Shown here in pieces: positions 39,947-49,747 of a DNA stretch of 64,000 nucleotides (position 1 is the first letter of the stretch; every line of letters begins with the position of its first letter). The DNA is from an uncultured Methanosarcinales archaeon. GTDB taxonomy: Archaea; Nanobdellota; Nanobdellia; Woesearchaeales; JACJVV01. Made by a program: the position numbers and the translations under genes. Under the pieces are notes generated by a model that saw only the letters and a program-made list of their open reading frames with translations, did not search any database and was not told where the DNA came from. Where the stretch lies: NCBI GenBank assembly GCA_964581515.1, contig CAZOOV010000005.1, positions 75,025-139,024 of the forward strand. Reading direction: 5' to 3'.

Positions 39947-41599
39947 TTATTTAATTAATTGATGAAATAATGATGCATTTAATTCAAATGCTGCAACAGG
40001 ATATTCAAGTGCAAAATTGTTCAGAACCTCTGGACTCAGCTCTCCTATAGTGCCTATCGATTTCCCCTTCACAATAATTTCACCCACCCTTCCTTCCATA
40101 AATGTTTTATTTGTTATTTCTTTAAGTTCGTATGTAACCTCTAGGTTTGAAAATATATAATCTAATACTTGTTTTATTCGGGTGAAATCTACTTTATCTT
40201 CACAAAGAGCTACTGATAAATGTTGCTCTTCTTTTACACCTGTTTCTTCTTTAGCATCTTTTGTAAATACTGTGCCAATATCGAAAATATGCTGAGGATA
40301 ATCATTATGCTTATTATGTGCTAATGTATCAAGCAAGGATGGCACCATGGCACTTCTTAAACAATTGAATTCTTCAGATATTGAATTAGCAAGCATCACT
40401 GGCTTTTTGCCAAATGAATGAGTTTGCATAACTTGATCATTAGAGATATTATATGTATACAATTCAGTTAATTTAAGTCCAATCAATAATTCTACAAGTT
40501 TTTTCTTTAATATTTCTAACTCACTTTCATGTGCGATTGTTGCTACCTTAGGAATTGTTTCATCAAAGTTCTCATAACCATATGCAATTGCAATATCTTC
40601 TACTAAATCAATCTGATGTAACACATCTGCCCTATATGCAGGAACAAGCACGTTTTTTGACTTCTTCTCATAGCCATATCCCATTTTTGAAAGTAGATTG
40701 ATTACTTCTGTCTCTTTAAGTCCAAGCCCCAGTCGTTTATTGACATAATCAACATCAATTTTCATCTTATTTGGTGAAAGATCAGGGGAAGTTATCCTCT
40801 TATCTGGATAATTTAGCTCTAAAGAATATATCTTTCCGCCCATATCTGCTAATGCTGTAACTATCATATTAAGGCATTTTGCAAGAACTTCATAATCAAA
40901 ACCAGAGCATTCAATAAAAACACCAGTAGTTTGTTCTGATATTTTACCTACATCATGAGAGTTTATTATTGGTGGCATCGAAAGTATGCCTCCTTTTGCA
41001 TCCTTAAAAAAAGGAAATTTATCAAGACCTTCTAAAAGTTGACCATAATCCCTCCCTGTGGGATGTTGACTTAGGATTTGTAGCCCTGTAATTTCTCTTG
41101 GAAATTCTAAAGGTTGAAATTTGACTTTTTTTGGATCTTCTCCAAAGAAAGTGACAGGAAATGTGATTTTTTCCATAGGATACACCCCTATTGCCACTTT
41201 TTTTCTATTCCTACCATAACTGACATGAAGTTTTTCTTGTATCTGAATTATCTCCCTGATTTTCTCATCATCAAACTTAAGATTCTTAACAATAGCACAT
41301 GAAGTAAAAGGTCTCACTTTTGAAACTGATTTTTCTATGATTATCTTTTCTCCTGATTTTTCTATATCATATTTCTTTAGACCTTTATTTACTCCAATAA
41401 AACTAGAAAAAGCCCTAGCAAAGCCTTGTTCAGAAAGAAGATCAGGACGATTAGGAAATATTTCTACATTAATTTCATTGCCTTCAATACTTTCGAGATC
41501 AGTACCTATCATAGAGATACGGTCCTTAAGCTCTTCTAATTTAAGCTTTTTACCTACAAGTTTTTCGAATACTTCTTTGTTAAGTGTTACAGTTGGCAT
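39947..41599 (-). CDS. pheT: Phenylalanyl-tRNA synthetase beta subunit
   Basis: PNRPDLLS, QEKLH, SMPPIINS, VPAYRADVLHQIDLVEDIAIAYGY. Confidence 0.96.
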   Translation of the reverse strand: MPTVTLNKEVFEKLVGKKLKLEELKDRISMIGTDLESIEGNEINVEIFPNRPDLLSEQGFARAFSSFIGVNKGLKKYDIEKSGEKIIIEKSVSKVRPFTSCAIVKNLKFDDEKIREIIQIQEKLHVSYGRNRKKVAIGVYPMEKITFPVTFFGEDPKKVKFQPLEFPREITGLQILSQHPTGRDYGQLLEGLDKFPFFKDAKGGILSMPPIINSHDVGKISEQTTGVFIECSGFDYEVLAKCLNMIVTALADMGGKIYSLELNYPDKRITSPDLSPNKMKIDVDYVNKRLGLGLKETEVINLLSKMGYGYEKKSKNVLVPAYRADVLHQIDLVEDIAIAYGYENFDETIPKVATIAHESELEILKKKLVELLIGLKLTELYTYNISNDQVMQTHSFGKKPVMLANSISEEFNCLRSAMVPSLLDTLAHNKHNDYPQHIFDIGTVFTKDAKEETGVKEEQHLSVALCEDKVDFTRIKQVLDYIFSNLEVTYELKEITNKTFMEGRVGEIIVKGKSIGTIGELSPEVLNNFALEYPVAAFELNASLFHQLIK

Positions 41600-41612
41600 T
41601 TTATTGTGTGAT

Positions 41613-43145
41613 TCATCTCCAAATCTTTACTTCTTTAATTTCTTTCAAATCATTATTGTAAAGCTGTCTAATATCTTTAAATTTGTAAAAACTCATAATA
41701 CCTCTTTCAAGACCTTGACCCCAAGCAAGAACTGGGCACTCAAATCCAAGTAAAGGTTTAACAAGTTCTGGACGAAAAATACCTGCACCACCTAATTCTA
41801 TCCATTCTTTTTTCTCGGGATGGAATACATCAACTTCTAAACTTGGTTCAGTATAAGGGAAATGAGCAGGTCTCATTCTCACCTTTTCAAATCCTAATTT
41901 ATTGTAAAATTCTCTTAAATATCCTTTAAGATGCTTTAATGTTGCATTAGGATCTATAACAATGCCTTCTACTTGATGAAACTCGAATAAATGTTTCCAT
42001 GTAAGAGCTTCATTCCTATACACTTTATTGACTGAGAAGAATTTAGCTGGAAGATCCTCTTTTTTGAGTGAAGCAATTGTCCTAGCTGAAAGAACAGTTG
42101 TATGAGTCCTCATCATATTTAATGATGCTTCATCTTCTGACCATTTACCCCCCCAGCCTTTACTACCTGTATCTGCGCCATTCTCATGTACTTCTTTTAT
42201 CTTGTTCTTTAGCTCTGAAGGAAGTTTTGCCTTAGATGGATCTTTTACATAGAAAGTGTCCTGTTCTGTTCTTGCTGGATGATCTTGAGGAACAAATAAA
42301 ACATCCAAATCCCAAAATGCTGATTGAATTAGGTTGCCTTCCATCTCCTTGAAACCAAGTTCAAGCCAAACTTTTTTGATATAATCAATAGATTGTTTGA
42401 CAAAATGTCTTTTTCCGCCTGTAATCTTTGGAACATTTATTTTAATATCATAATGCCTAAATTTCTTATCTTTCCATTTACCTGATTTAAGCATATCATG
42501 TGTAAGATTATCATCTAGCTCTTGACTTAACTTGTTTTTTTGTAAAATAAGTTTTTTTGCTTTCTCTGTAAGTTTTACAAGTATGATTTTTTGTATATCA
42601 AGTTTGAGAATGTTTCTTCTTTTAATTAAATTATCAAATGCAAATTTTTCTTCATCCTTCAATGAATCTTTTTCAATAGGAAATGATTTTTTTAAGAATA
42701 TCTCTTCTAAACTCTCTTTTTCCAGAAGTTTAGTTCCTTGGGGCGCTTGTTTTATGAAAAGAGCTTTATCTTTATTTTCAGTTATAATAGCTACTTTTTT
42801 CTTTAAAGCACCTATGGATACACCAAATTCCTGTTGATTAAGATCTGCTTCTTTTTGCAAATCTTGTGCTGATTTAAACTCTTTTGTAGATGAAGCTTTT
42901 AATAATCTCTTTTCAGGTAAACCTTTCTTTGCATATATCTTACCATTATCATCAAGATCAATGATTTCTTGCTTGGTCTGATCAAGATTTATTATTTCTT
43001 TATTAGAAAGCCATTGTAGGGCACGCATCACCTCAATATCCTTCATATCTGATTTCTTAATGAGGTCTATATAAGATATACCTTCCTCTAAATAGGGCAA
43101 TAACTTCCTTTCTAAGGGATGAAGCTTATCTATGATGTTATCCAT
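41613..43145 (-). CDS. pheS: Phenylalanyl-tRNA synthetase alpha subunit
   Basis: PQDHPAR, RTHTT, EFHQVEG, FPYTEPS, GAGIFRPE. Confidence 0.96.
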   Translation of the reverse strand: MDNIIDKLHPLERKLLPYLEEGISYIDLIKKSDMKDIEVMRALQWLSNKEIINLDQTKQEIIDLDDNGKIYAKKGLPEKRLLKASSTKEFKSAQDLQKEADLNQQEFGVSIGALKKKVAIITENKDKALFIKQAPQGTKLLEKESLEEIFLKKSFPIEKDSLKDEEKFAFDNLIKRRNILKLDIQKIILVKLTEKAKKLILQKNKLSQELDDNLTHDMLKSGKWKDKKFRHYDIKINVPKITGGKRHFVKQSIDYIKKVWLELGFKEMEGNLIQSAFWDLDVLFVPQDHPARTEQDTFYVKDPSKAKLPSELKNKIKEVHENGADTGSKGWGGKWSEDEASLNMMRTHTTVLSARTIASLKKEDLPAKFFSVNKVYRNEALTWKHLFEFHQVEGIVIDPNATLKHLKGYLREFYNKLGFEKVRMRPAHFPYTEPSLEVDVFHPEKKEWIELGGAGIFRPELVKPLLGFECPVLAWGQGLERGIMSFYKFKDIRQLYNNDLKEIKEVKIWR

Positions 43146-43288
43146 ATTAAGCTCTTAAATTAAGTGTACATTTATAAAAATTGTGTAGAGTGTTGTTTAG
43201 AAGAAAAAGAGATAAGAAAGAAGCTATAATTGAGTTAAAGAATATAGGAAAGGAAAATAAGAAAAAATAAGAAGAAAAAAAGCCTGGC

Positions 43289-44110
43289 TTATTTAGCTTT
43301 AGCTTTAGCTTCTACTTTTTTAAGACTTTTCCAAGCCACTTCAAATAAAGCTTGCAGTGCACTTGCAAAGAAAGGAGTGTTTACCCAAATACCAATATCA
43401 TATGTAGGGTGTACTTCTTCATCATCAAGAACCATAAAAATTAATTCTTTTCCATCGACAATGATAAACCTTGCTTTAGCATCTGTATTACGAACATCTG
43501 CAACAGAAGATAGATCTTTAGCAGCAGCTGTATTTTGTTTAGTTATTGGAGCTGCAACTCTAATCTTAACTCCTCTTTTTTTGAGTTTTTCAAAAATAGG
43601 TTTAAGACCTTCTACTTTTCTCATTAATCCTTGAGAAGTTGTCATTATCTCAACTGTATTTTCAGCATTACGTATTGTAAGCTCAATATGGTTGTAGAGA
43701 TTATGTCTTCCCCTAAGGCTTCCTGACAAATCAGTAGGTTCTACTAATTCAACACCTTGTGTATGTAGTGTGTTTAATTCGTTTAGAAGTTCTGTTTCTC
43801 TTAAGTTATCGAGCCTGTTTATTTTTTCTTCTGCTTCTACTTTCATATTTTTCTTTACTCTCTCAACAACTTCTGAAGGTGAGATTGCGATATATTTAAT
43901 CGGTTTACCCAGCTTCATAACAACAAATCCTTTTTTTTCAAGGCTTTCAAGAACATCATAACTTCTTGACCTTGGAACATTTGCAATATCACTTAATTCG
44001 CCAGCTGTAGACACTCCCCTGGACAGCAATGCAGCCCATATTTTTACTTCATAAAGGTTTAGTGAGAAATAACGTCTAAGCTTGCTCAAAAATTCTTCTT
44101 TTACAATCAT
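43289..44110 (-). CDS. TrmB-family regulator / TrmBL2-like chromatin protein (paralogue 1)
   Basis: LNLYEVKIWAALL.RGVSTAGELSDIANVPRSRSYDVLESLEKKGFV; C-terminal effector-like domain. Confidence 0.9.
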   Translation of the reverse strand: MIVKEEFLSKLRRYFSLNLYEVKIWAALLSRGVSTAGELSDIANVPRSRSYDVLESLEKKGFVVMKLGKPIKYIAISPSEVVERVKKNMKVEAEEKINRLDNLRETELLNELNTLHTQGVELVEPTDLSGSLRGRHNLYNHIELTIRNAENTVEIMTTSQGLMRKVEGLKPIFEKLKKRGVKIRVAAPITKQNTAAAKDLSSVADVRNTDAKARFIIVDGKELIFMVLDDEEVHPTYDIGIWVNTPFFASALQALFEVAWKSLKKVEAKAKAK

Positions 44111-44128
44111 TTTGAACCATTCCCCCTC

Positions 44129-44244
44129 TTTTTTATTGTAGTTAAGACGACAAAAAATTATTTTCTCCCAATGAATAATTTTTTAATCGTTATTAGTTGT
44201 TACTTAACAAACAACATAAAATGTCTCAACTGTACAATAAAAAA
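44129..44244 (-). promoter_or_regulatory. Nested inverted repeats in the leader of trmB paralogue 1
   Basis: Outer arms 44129-44148/44223-44244, inner 44152-44162/44174-44184 and 44197-44210. Promoter AAAAACCGTAACATATTAATA at ~44255-44275. Confidence 0.5.
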
Positions 44245-44764
44245 ATTGAACTACTATTAATATGTTACGGTTTTTGACTTAATGATAGTTACGCCATCTT
44301 TGTATCTACGTAACTCCAACGTTGTGACAACTGATATCTACTAGGCTATTGTAATTTATAAAGATTTAGATGATGAATTTACTAGTCCATAATCAATATT
44401 TTTTAAGAGAGAAATTAAAGAGATAATAGAGGGAGAAAGAAGAATAAATATTATATAAATTATATATAAAAACTAATAAAAACACAAGAATACCATAAAG
44501 TATATATATGAGTAATCATATTGAATGTTTAATTGGAGAGTAACAACAAGTGTGTTTTTGGCATAATAAAAGATTTATAGGGAATTATCGCTTTATCTAA
44601 GAATTTTAAAGCTAATTTAAACCTATTTAATCATAATAAAGGGGTTTTAAGTTAAAAAAAAGCTTTAAATTTAGTATAAGATAACATACATAAACCATAA
44701 AATTTATAAGAATTAAAATCAAAAAAATGAATGTTGGGTATAAACTAAATAGGTTGGTAAAATA

Positions 44765-45430
44765 ATGAAAATAACACAGAAAGCAATAGAACTTGTAATC
44801 CGAGAACTAATTGGAGAAGATGCATTGCCTTTAGTTGAAGTTCTAAAAAACCAGAGCAAAATTTCAGAATTTCAAATCTCAACTAAGATCAAAACACCTG
44901 TCGATGTTATCAGAAATCAGTTATACCGGCTTTATAATCACAATTTAGTTACTTTTATCAGAAAAAAAGATAAGAAAAAAGGATGGTATATCTATTACTG
45001 GAGTTTGAATACAAATAGACTCAAATACCTCATATCAAATCTAAAAAAGAAAAGAGTTGAGAAATTACATGAACATCTTTCTAGAGAAGAAGATGATCAT
45101 TTCTTTGCGTGCGAAAATAGTTGTATAAGAGTTGATTTTGAACAAGCCACTAATTTTGAATATAGATGTCCAGAATGTGGAGAATTGTTACATCAAGAAG
45201 ATAATTCACAAAATATTGAAAAAATCAAGAAAGAAATAAAGAAATTAGAAAAAGAAATTGACGAAGAAAAAGAAAAATTAGCTAAAGAAGAAATAAGTAG
45301 AGAAGAGGAAGAATCAAAGGAGAAAAAAGAACCAAAAACCAAAAAGACAAAGACAGTTAAAAAAACAAAAGCTAAAAAGACAAAAACAGCTAAAAAAACA
45401 ACAAAACCAAAAAAGAAATCTAAAAAGTGA
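44765..45430 (+). CDS. tfe: Transcription factor E alpha
   Basis: RNQLYRLY, KKKGWYIYYW, C..SC and CPECG zinc ribbon; Lys/Thr-rich tail. Confidence 0.92.
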   Translation: MKITQKAIELVIRELIGEDALPLVEVLKNQSKISEFQISTKIKTPVDVIRNQLYRLYNHNLVTFIRKKDKKKGWYIYYWSLNTNRLKYLISNLKKKRVEKLHEHLSREEDDHFFACENSCIRVDFEQATNFEYRCPECGELLHQEDNSQNIEKIKKEIKKLEKEIDEEKEKLAKEEISREEEESKEKKEPKTKKTKTVKKTKAKKTKTAKKTTKPKKKSKK

Positions 45431-45500
45431 GCATATAATTTCCTAATTCTAAAATATTAAATAACAAAAATAAAAGTAAAGAAAAAATGAGAAAATAAAA

Positions 45501-45731
45501 TTATTTCTTTTTCTTTTTTGATCTAGAAGCAAGTTTTCTTTCAATCTTTTTCTCTTCTGCCTCAATCTTTATTTCTTCAGCTGCGATCTTTTGTGCCATT
45601 CTTTCAATGTTAAGATCCATACGTGCTATTCTTCTTTCAACAAGAACTAAGACACGTAAGCTGTATACGATTGCTGCAAGAGTTCCTATTATGACTGCTA
45701 ATACAAGCCTCAATAATAAATCTTCACCCAT
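45501..45731 (-). CDS. Small single-TM coiled-coil protein
   Basis: TM helix then heptad-like region; strong SD AGGAGGT. Confidence 0.7.
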   Translation of the reverse strand: MGEDLLLRLVLAVIIGTLAAIVYSLRVLVLVERRIARMDLNIERMAQKIAAEEIKIEAEEKKIERKLASRSKKKKK

Positions 45732-45946
45732 TTTATTACCTCCTTTTTGAATATAATAATGGATTATGTGTTTTTTGTGTTAATATTTTTTATTTTGAAG
45801 TTGACCTTCTTGTATTTTTTTAATTACTTTGTTTATAAAATTTTCGTACTTTAGTATTCAATCTATATTCAGAAATATGAATACATAAAAATTCAAAAAA
45901 TAACATTTATTAGTATTTATGTTAATATTTAAGCTTTAATACAGAT

Positions 45947-46348
45947 TTAGGCTTTAATGTGGTGCTTTGCCCCACATGCTTGACATTTTAAGAAAGATAT
46001 ATTGTTTTCAACAAGTATTTTTGTATCTGGTTTACCACAATCATAACATAAAACAAAAAGATTTGCAAATTGTCTTATTTTTCGATTAATATTTTTTGAA
46101 GATATTTTTGTATTGAATATAAGAAGATTATTTCTTATTTCGCCCGATGTTGCTAACTCCTTAAGTAAATATTTTAGTAAATGTGATTGATCTCTTTGTA
46201 TTGTATTACAAATTTGTTGAAAATTACTAATGATTGTTTTATTACCTTGAAGATGACCGCGTACATTTGGTATTTCAAAACGTTCTCTAACAGAAACAAT
46301 CTCAGGTAAATTATCATGTGCCCGTTTGAGTAGCTTGTTATAATCCAT
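45947..46348 (-). CDS. Translation initiation factor aIF-2 beta
   Basis: ERFEIP, GNKTIISNF, CYDCGKPDT, CQACGA. Confidence 0.95.
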   Translation of the reverse strand: MDYNKLLKRAHDNLPEIVSVRERFEIPNVRGHLQGNKTIISNFQQICNTIQRDQSHLLKYLLKELATSGEIRNNLLIFNTKISSKNINRKIRQFANLFVLCYDCGKPDTKILVENNISFLKCQACGAKHHIKA

Positions 46349-46478
46349 ATGAAAAGGAGTGAGGTGTTGGTTTATAAAATTAATGATATTTAGGTGAGAT
46401 TATGTATAATCATAAGTAGTTGTATAATTAAAGAAATAAAATAACTAATTATAATAACTTGAAATATAGTAACTCTCT

Positions 46479-46719
46479 CCCCTTGGTTTCCTATGGAACT
46501 CTTTTTTGAAGATGGTTGTGTTCATTCTTTTTTGTAGAGGTTGCAAAACATTTTTTAGAATATGTTTTTTTTAATATATATATTATATTATATTATTTTT
46601 AATATTATAAATATATATATATATCGACTAAAAAAGAAAAAAATGAAAAAAAATCTTTAATTAAAGCAAAAAAAGAGCATACCACAACTGATTAGTAAGT
46701 TCCAGTTGAAATGAAGGGG
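46479..46719. other. Replication origin oriC: inverted ORBs flanking an AT-rich unwinding element
   Basis: Left ORB (minus) GTTCCATAGGAAACCAAGGGG at 46479-46499; right ORB (plus) GTTCCAGTTGAAATGAAGGGG at 46699-46719. Nearly pure AT at 46560-46670; immediately upstream of cdc6. Confidence 0.85.
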
Positions 46720-46771
46720 TGAGGGGTATAATACATATAGAATAAAACAATAAAATATTTAAAGCATACAT

Positions 46772-46783
46772 TTCCAGTGGAAC
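46772..46783 (+). promoter_or_regulatory. mini-ORB between the cdc6 TATA box and start codon
   Basis: TTCCAGTGGAAC between TTTAAA (46758-46763) and ATG 46786. Confidence 0.7.
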
Positions 46784-46785
46784 AT

Positions 46786-47994
46786 ATGACACAAAAATTA
46801 TCTCATGTATTTGAAAAGTATATGAAAAATAAACCTATTTTTGTAAATAAACATTATTTACAATCAAATTATGTTCCAGAAACTATTGAATATAGGGATA
46901 AAGAGATCAATACTATTGCTGAGATACTTGCTTCGTCTTTACGGATGGAAAAACCCTCAAATATTTTTATATATGGGAAAACCGGTACAGGTAAAACATT
47001 AGCAGTTCAATATACCACATCAAAATTAAAAGAAACAGCAGAAGCACATCAAATCCCTTTGAAGATATTATATATCAACTGTAAGCTTAAGAAGATTGCA
47101 GATACAGAATATAGGATTATAGCACAGTTTATTAGGGAACTTGGAAAAGAGGTGCCACCTACGGGTCTTCCAACCGATGAAGTTTATAAGATTTTTATTA
47201 ATATAATTGATTCTTCAAAACAAATGGTTATTTTAGTATTGGATGAAATTGACCAATTAGTTAAAAAAGCAGGAGATGAAATTTTATACAATCTTACAAG
47301 GATGAATACTGAATTAAAGAATACACAATTATCTATTGTTGGTGTATCTAATGATTTATTATTTGCAGATTATATTGATCCAAGAATAAAAAGCTCACTT
47401 AGTGAAGAAGAAATTATATTTTCTCCTTACAATGCATTACAATTAAAAGCGATTTTAAAACAAAGAAGCAAGATTGCATTTGTAGAAGGAGTAATAGAAT
47501 CAGGTATGGTTGAGAAATGTGCTGCTTACGCTGCAAGAGATCATGGTGATGCGCGAAGGGCATTAGAATTACTTAGGGTAGCAGGAGAAATAACTGAAAG
47601 AGATGGTTCAAAGAAAGTTTCAATTAAATATTTGGATTTAGCTGAATCAAAAATTGAAAAAGATAGGATTATTGATATTATTTCAACACAACCAAAACAA
47701 CATCAATTAACTCTTTACTCTATATTGAAGATTTCTGAAAGAACAAAAAAGGTGATTTTTACAGGAGAAATTTATGAATATTATAAGGGGCTTTGTATTG
47801 AAACTTCAATAAGGCCATTAACACAAAGACGTATTTCTGACATTATTTCTGAATTTGATATGTTAGGTTTAATATCTGGTAAAATTATTTCAAAAGGAAG
47901 ATATGGGAGAACAAGGGAAGTAAACATATCCATACCAAAAGAATCGAGACTTAAAGCAAAACAAATCTTGAAATCAGCTCTCGATTTGTCTTAA
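46786..47994 (+). CDS. cdc6: Orc1/Cdc6 replication initiator
   Basis: GKTGTGKT, LDEID, GDARRALELLR, GRYGRT winged helix. ATG 46786 preferred over GTG 46777. Confidence 0.97.
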   Translation: MTQKLSHVFEKYMKNKPIFVNKHYLQSNYVPETIEYRDKEINTIAEILASSLRMEKPSNIFIYGKTGTGKTLAVQYTTSKLKETAEAHQIPLKILYINCKLKKIADTEYRIIAQFIRELGKEVPPTGLPTDEVYKIFINIIDSSKQMVILVLDEIDQLVKKAGDEILYNLTRMNTELKNTQLSIVGVSNDLLFADYIDPRIKSSLSEEEIIFSPYNALQLKAILKQRSKIAFVEGVIESGMVEKCAAYAARDHGDARRALELLRVAGEITERDGSKKVSIKYLDLAESKIEKDRIIDIISTQPKQHQLTLYSILKISERTKKVIFTGEIYEYYKGLCIETSIRPLTQRRISDIISEFDMLGLISGKIISKGRYGRTREVNISIPKESRLKAKQILKSALDLS

Positions 47995-48031
47995 TTTAAT
48001 TTGTCTTAAATGTTTAAGTTAAGTATTTAAT

Positions 48032-49699
48032 GTGATGTTGATGGAAATATCAGATAAGAAAAAGAAAATAATAGGATTTTTTATGCAAAATGATGCTTTA
48101 ATCTCATTAGATTCTATAGAAAAATTTGAAGATGAGATCTTTTTAGATAAAATTATAAGTTTAATAGATCAAAAATCAGAAATTTCTGTTATTTTAGATT
48201 TTATGGGTAAATATGCATTAAGTGATACTTCTGTTAATCGATATCAACAAAATACTACTGAAAATACTACAAATCAAAATACCACTGATCAAAACTCTCA
48301 ATCAACAATGACTACCAGTCCAACAATATCAACCCAGTCAACTGATTCTTCTCAATCAACAACCTCTTCTGAACATACATCCTCTCTATCAACCCCTGCT
48401 ATAGAAATACAAACACCAACTCTTCCTACAAGTGAACAACCTAAATTAAATATAATTCATGATTTTAATTTACTTCCTAAAAAAAGAGAAGTAAGTCATT
48501 TTGTATCTTATTTTTCTTCAAGATATAAACAAATATTATCTATTTTGAAAAATAGAAAGGAACTTTCTTCAATTTTATCAATTGCAAGATTGAAAGCAAA
48601 GACAGATAGAGAAAAAGTTTCTGTTATATGTTTAGTAAGAAAGAAAGATATTACAAAAAATGATAATATTATTCTAACAGTAGAAGATTTAACTGGAGAA
48701 ATAAAAGTACTTGTTAATAAATCAAATAAAGAATTGACAGAAGTAGCAAAAGATCTTGTTAGAGATGAAGTAATTGGTGTTGTTGGAATGAATGGGGATA
48801 ATATTTTATTCTCAAATTCAATAATTCAACCAGAAATTCCTTTAGATAAAGAATTTAAGAAAGCAGAAAAAGAAGAGTGTGCAGTTTTTTTATCAGATAT
48901 ACATGTTGGTTCAAAATATTTTCTTGCTGATGAATTTAATAAGTTTATTTCTTGGATCAGGCAGGAAACAGGTACAGAAAATCAGAGAAAAATAGCTGAT
49001 AAGGTAAAATATGTTTTTATAGCTGGTGATCTTGTTGATGGTGTAGGAATATATCCTAATCAAGAATTAGAGTTAGATATTGATGACATTTATGGGCAAT
49101 ATAGTAAGGCTGCAGAACTCATAAAGAAAATTCCATCCCATATATCTGTAATTATTTGTCCTGGAAATCATGATGCATCTAGATTGTCAGAACCACAACC
49201 AAAATTATTTGGAGATTATATTAAACCTTTAAGCGATATACCAAATGTATCTCTTGTTTCAAACCCATCTTATATTAATATTTCTGCAACTGAAACTTTT
49301 TCAGGATTTGATATCTTATTGTATCATGGTTATAGTTTTGATTATTATGTTGCAAATGTAGATTCATTAAGATTGGAAGGAGGGTATGATAGGGCAGATT
49401 TAATCATGAAATTTCTTTTAAAGAGAAGACATTTAGCACCAGCATATACATCAACATTATTTATTCCTGAGGAGACAAAAGATAGTCTTGTTATAGAGAA
49501 AATACCTGATTTTTTCATTACTGGCCATATTCATAAAACTGCTGTAAGTAATTATAGGAATGTGACTTTGATAAGTGGAAGTTGTTGGCAATCCATTACC
49601 TCTTTTCAAGAAAAGGTAGGACATCATCCTGAACCAGCTAAAGTTCCGGTTGTTAATTTGAAAACAAGAAAAGTAACTATTTTAAATTTTTTAGATTAG
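48032..49699 (+). CDS. polB: DNA polymerase D small subunit DP1
   Basis: OB fold, SDIHVGS, AGDLVDG, PGNHD, YHG, RRHLAP, GHIH; S/T/Q-rich linker. Confidence 0.95.
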   Translation: MMLMEISDKKKKIIGFFMQNDALISLDSIEKFEDEIFLDKIISLIDQKSEISVILDFMGKYALSDTSVNRYQQNTTENTTNQNTTDQNSQSTMTTSPTISTQSTDSSQSTTSSEHTSSLSTPAIEIQTPTLPTSEQPKLNIIHDFNLLPKKREVSHFVSYFSSRYKQILSILKNRKELSSILSIARLKAKTDREKVSVICLVRKKDITKNDNIILTVEDLTGEIKVLVNKSNKELTEVAKDLVRDEVIGVVGMNGDNILFSNSIIQPEIPLDKEFKKAEKEECAVFLSDIHVGSKYFLADEFNKFISWIRQETGTENQRKIADKVKYVFIAGDLVDGVGIYPNQELELDIDDIYGQYSKAAELIKKIPSHISVIICPGNHDASRLSEPQPKLFGDYIKPLSDIPNVSLVSNPSYINISATETFSGFDILLYHGYSFDYYVANVDSLRLEGGYDRADLIMKFLLKRRHLAPAYTSTLFIPEETKDSLVIEKIPDFFITGHIHKTAVSNYRNVTLISGSCWQSITSFQEKVGHHPEPAKVPVVNLKTRKVTILNFLD

Positions 49700-49747
49700 A
49701 GAAATAAGATTAATTAAATTAAGAAACATAGAAGAAAATAAGAAAAA

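Noticed and set aside
44280..44400. Possible second C/D sRNA (GATGATGA near 44369; CTGA near 44330)
   Set aside because: The boxes are not in the right order or spacing and there is no terminal stem.
46777..46785. GTG start for cdc6, and upstream-extended starts for hjc, histone, rnz, dhs, mazG and the Zn-ribbon ORF
   Set aside because: TATA or SD spacing and family N-termini favour the downstream ATGs.
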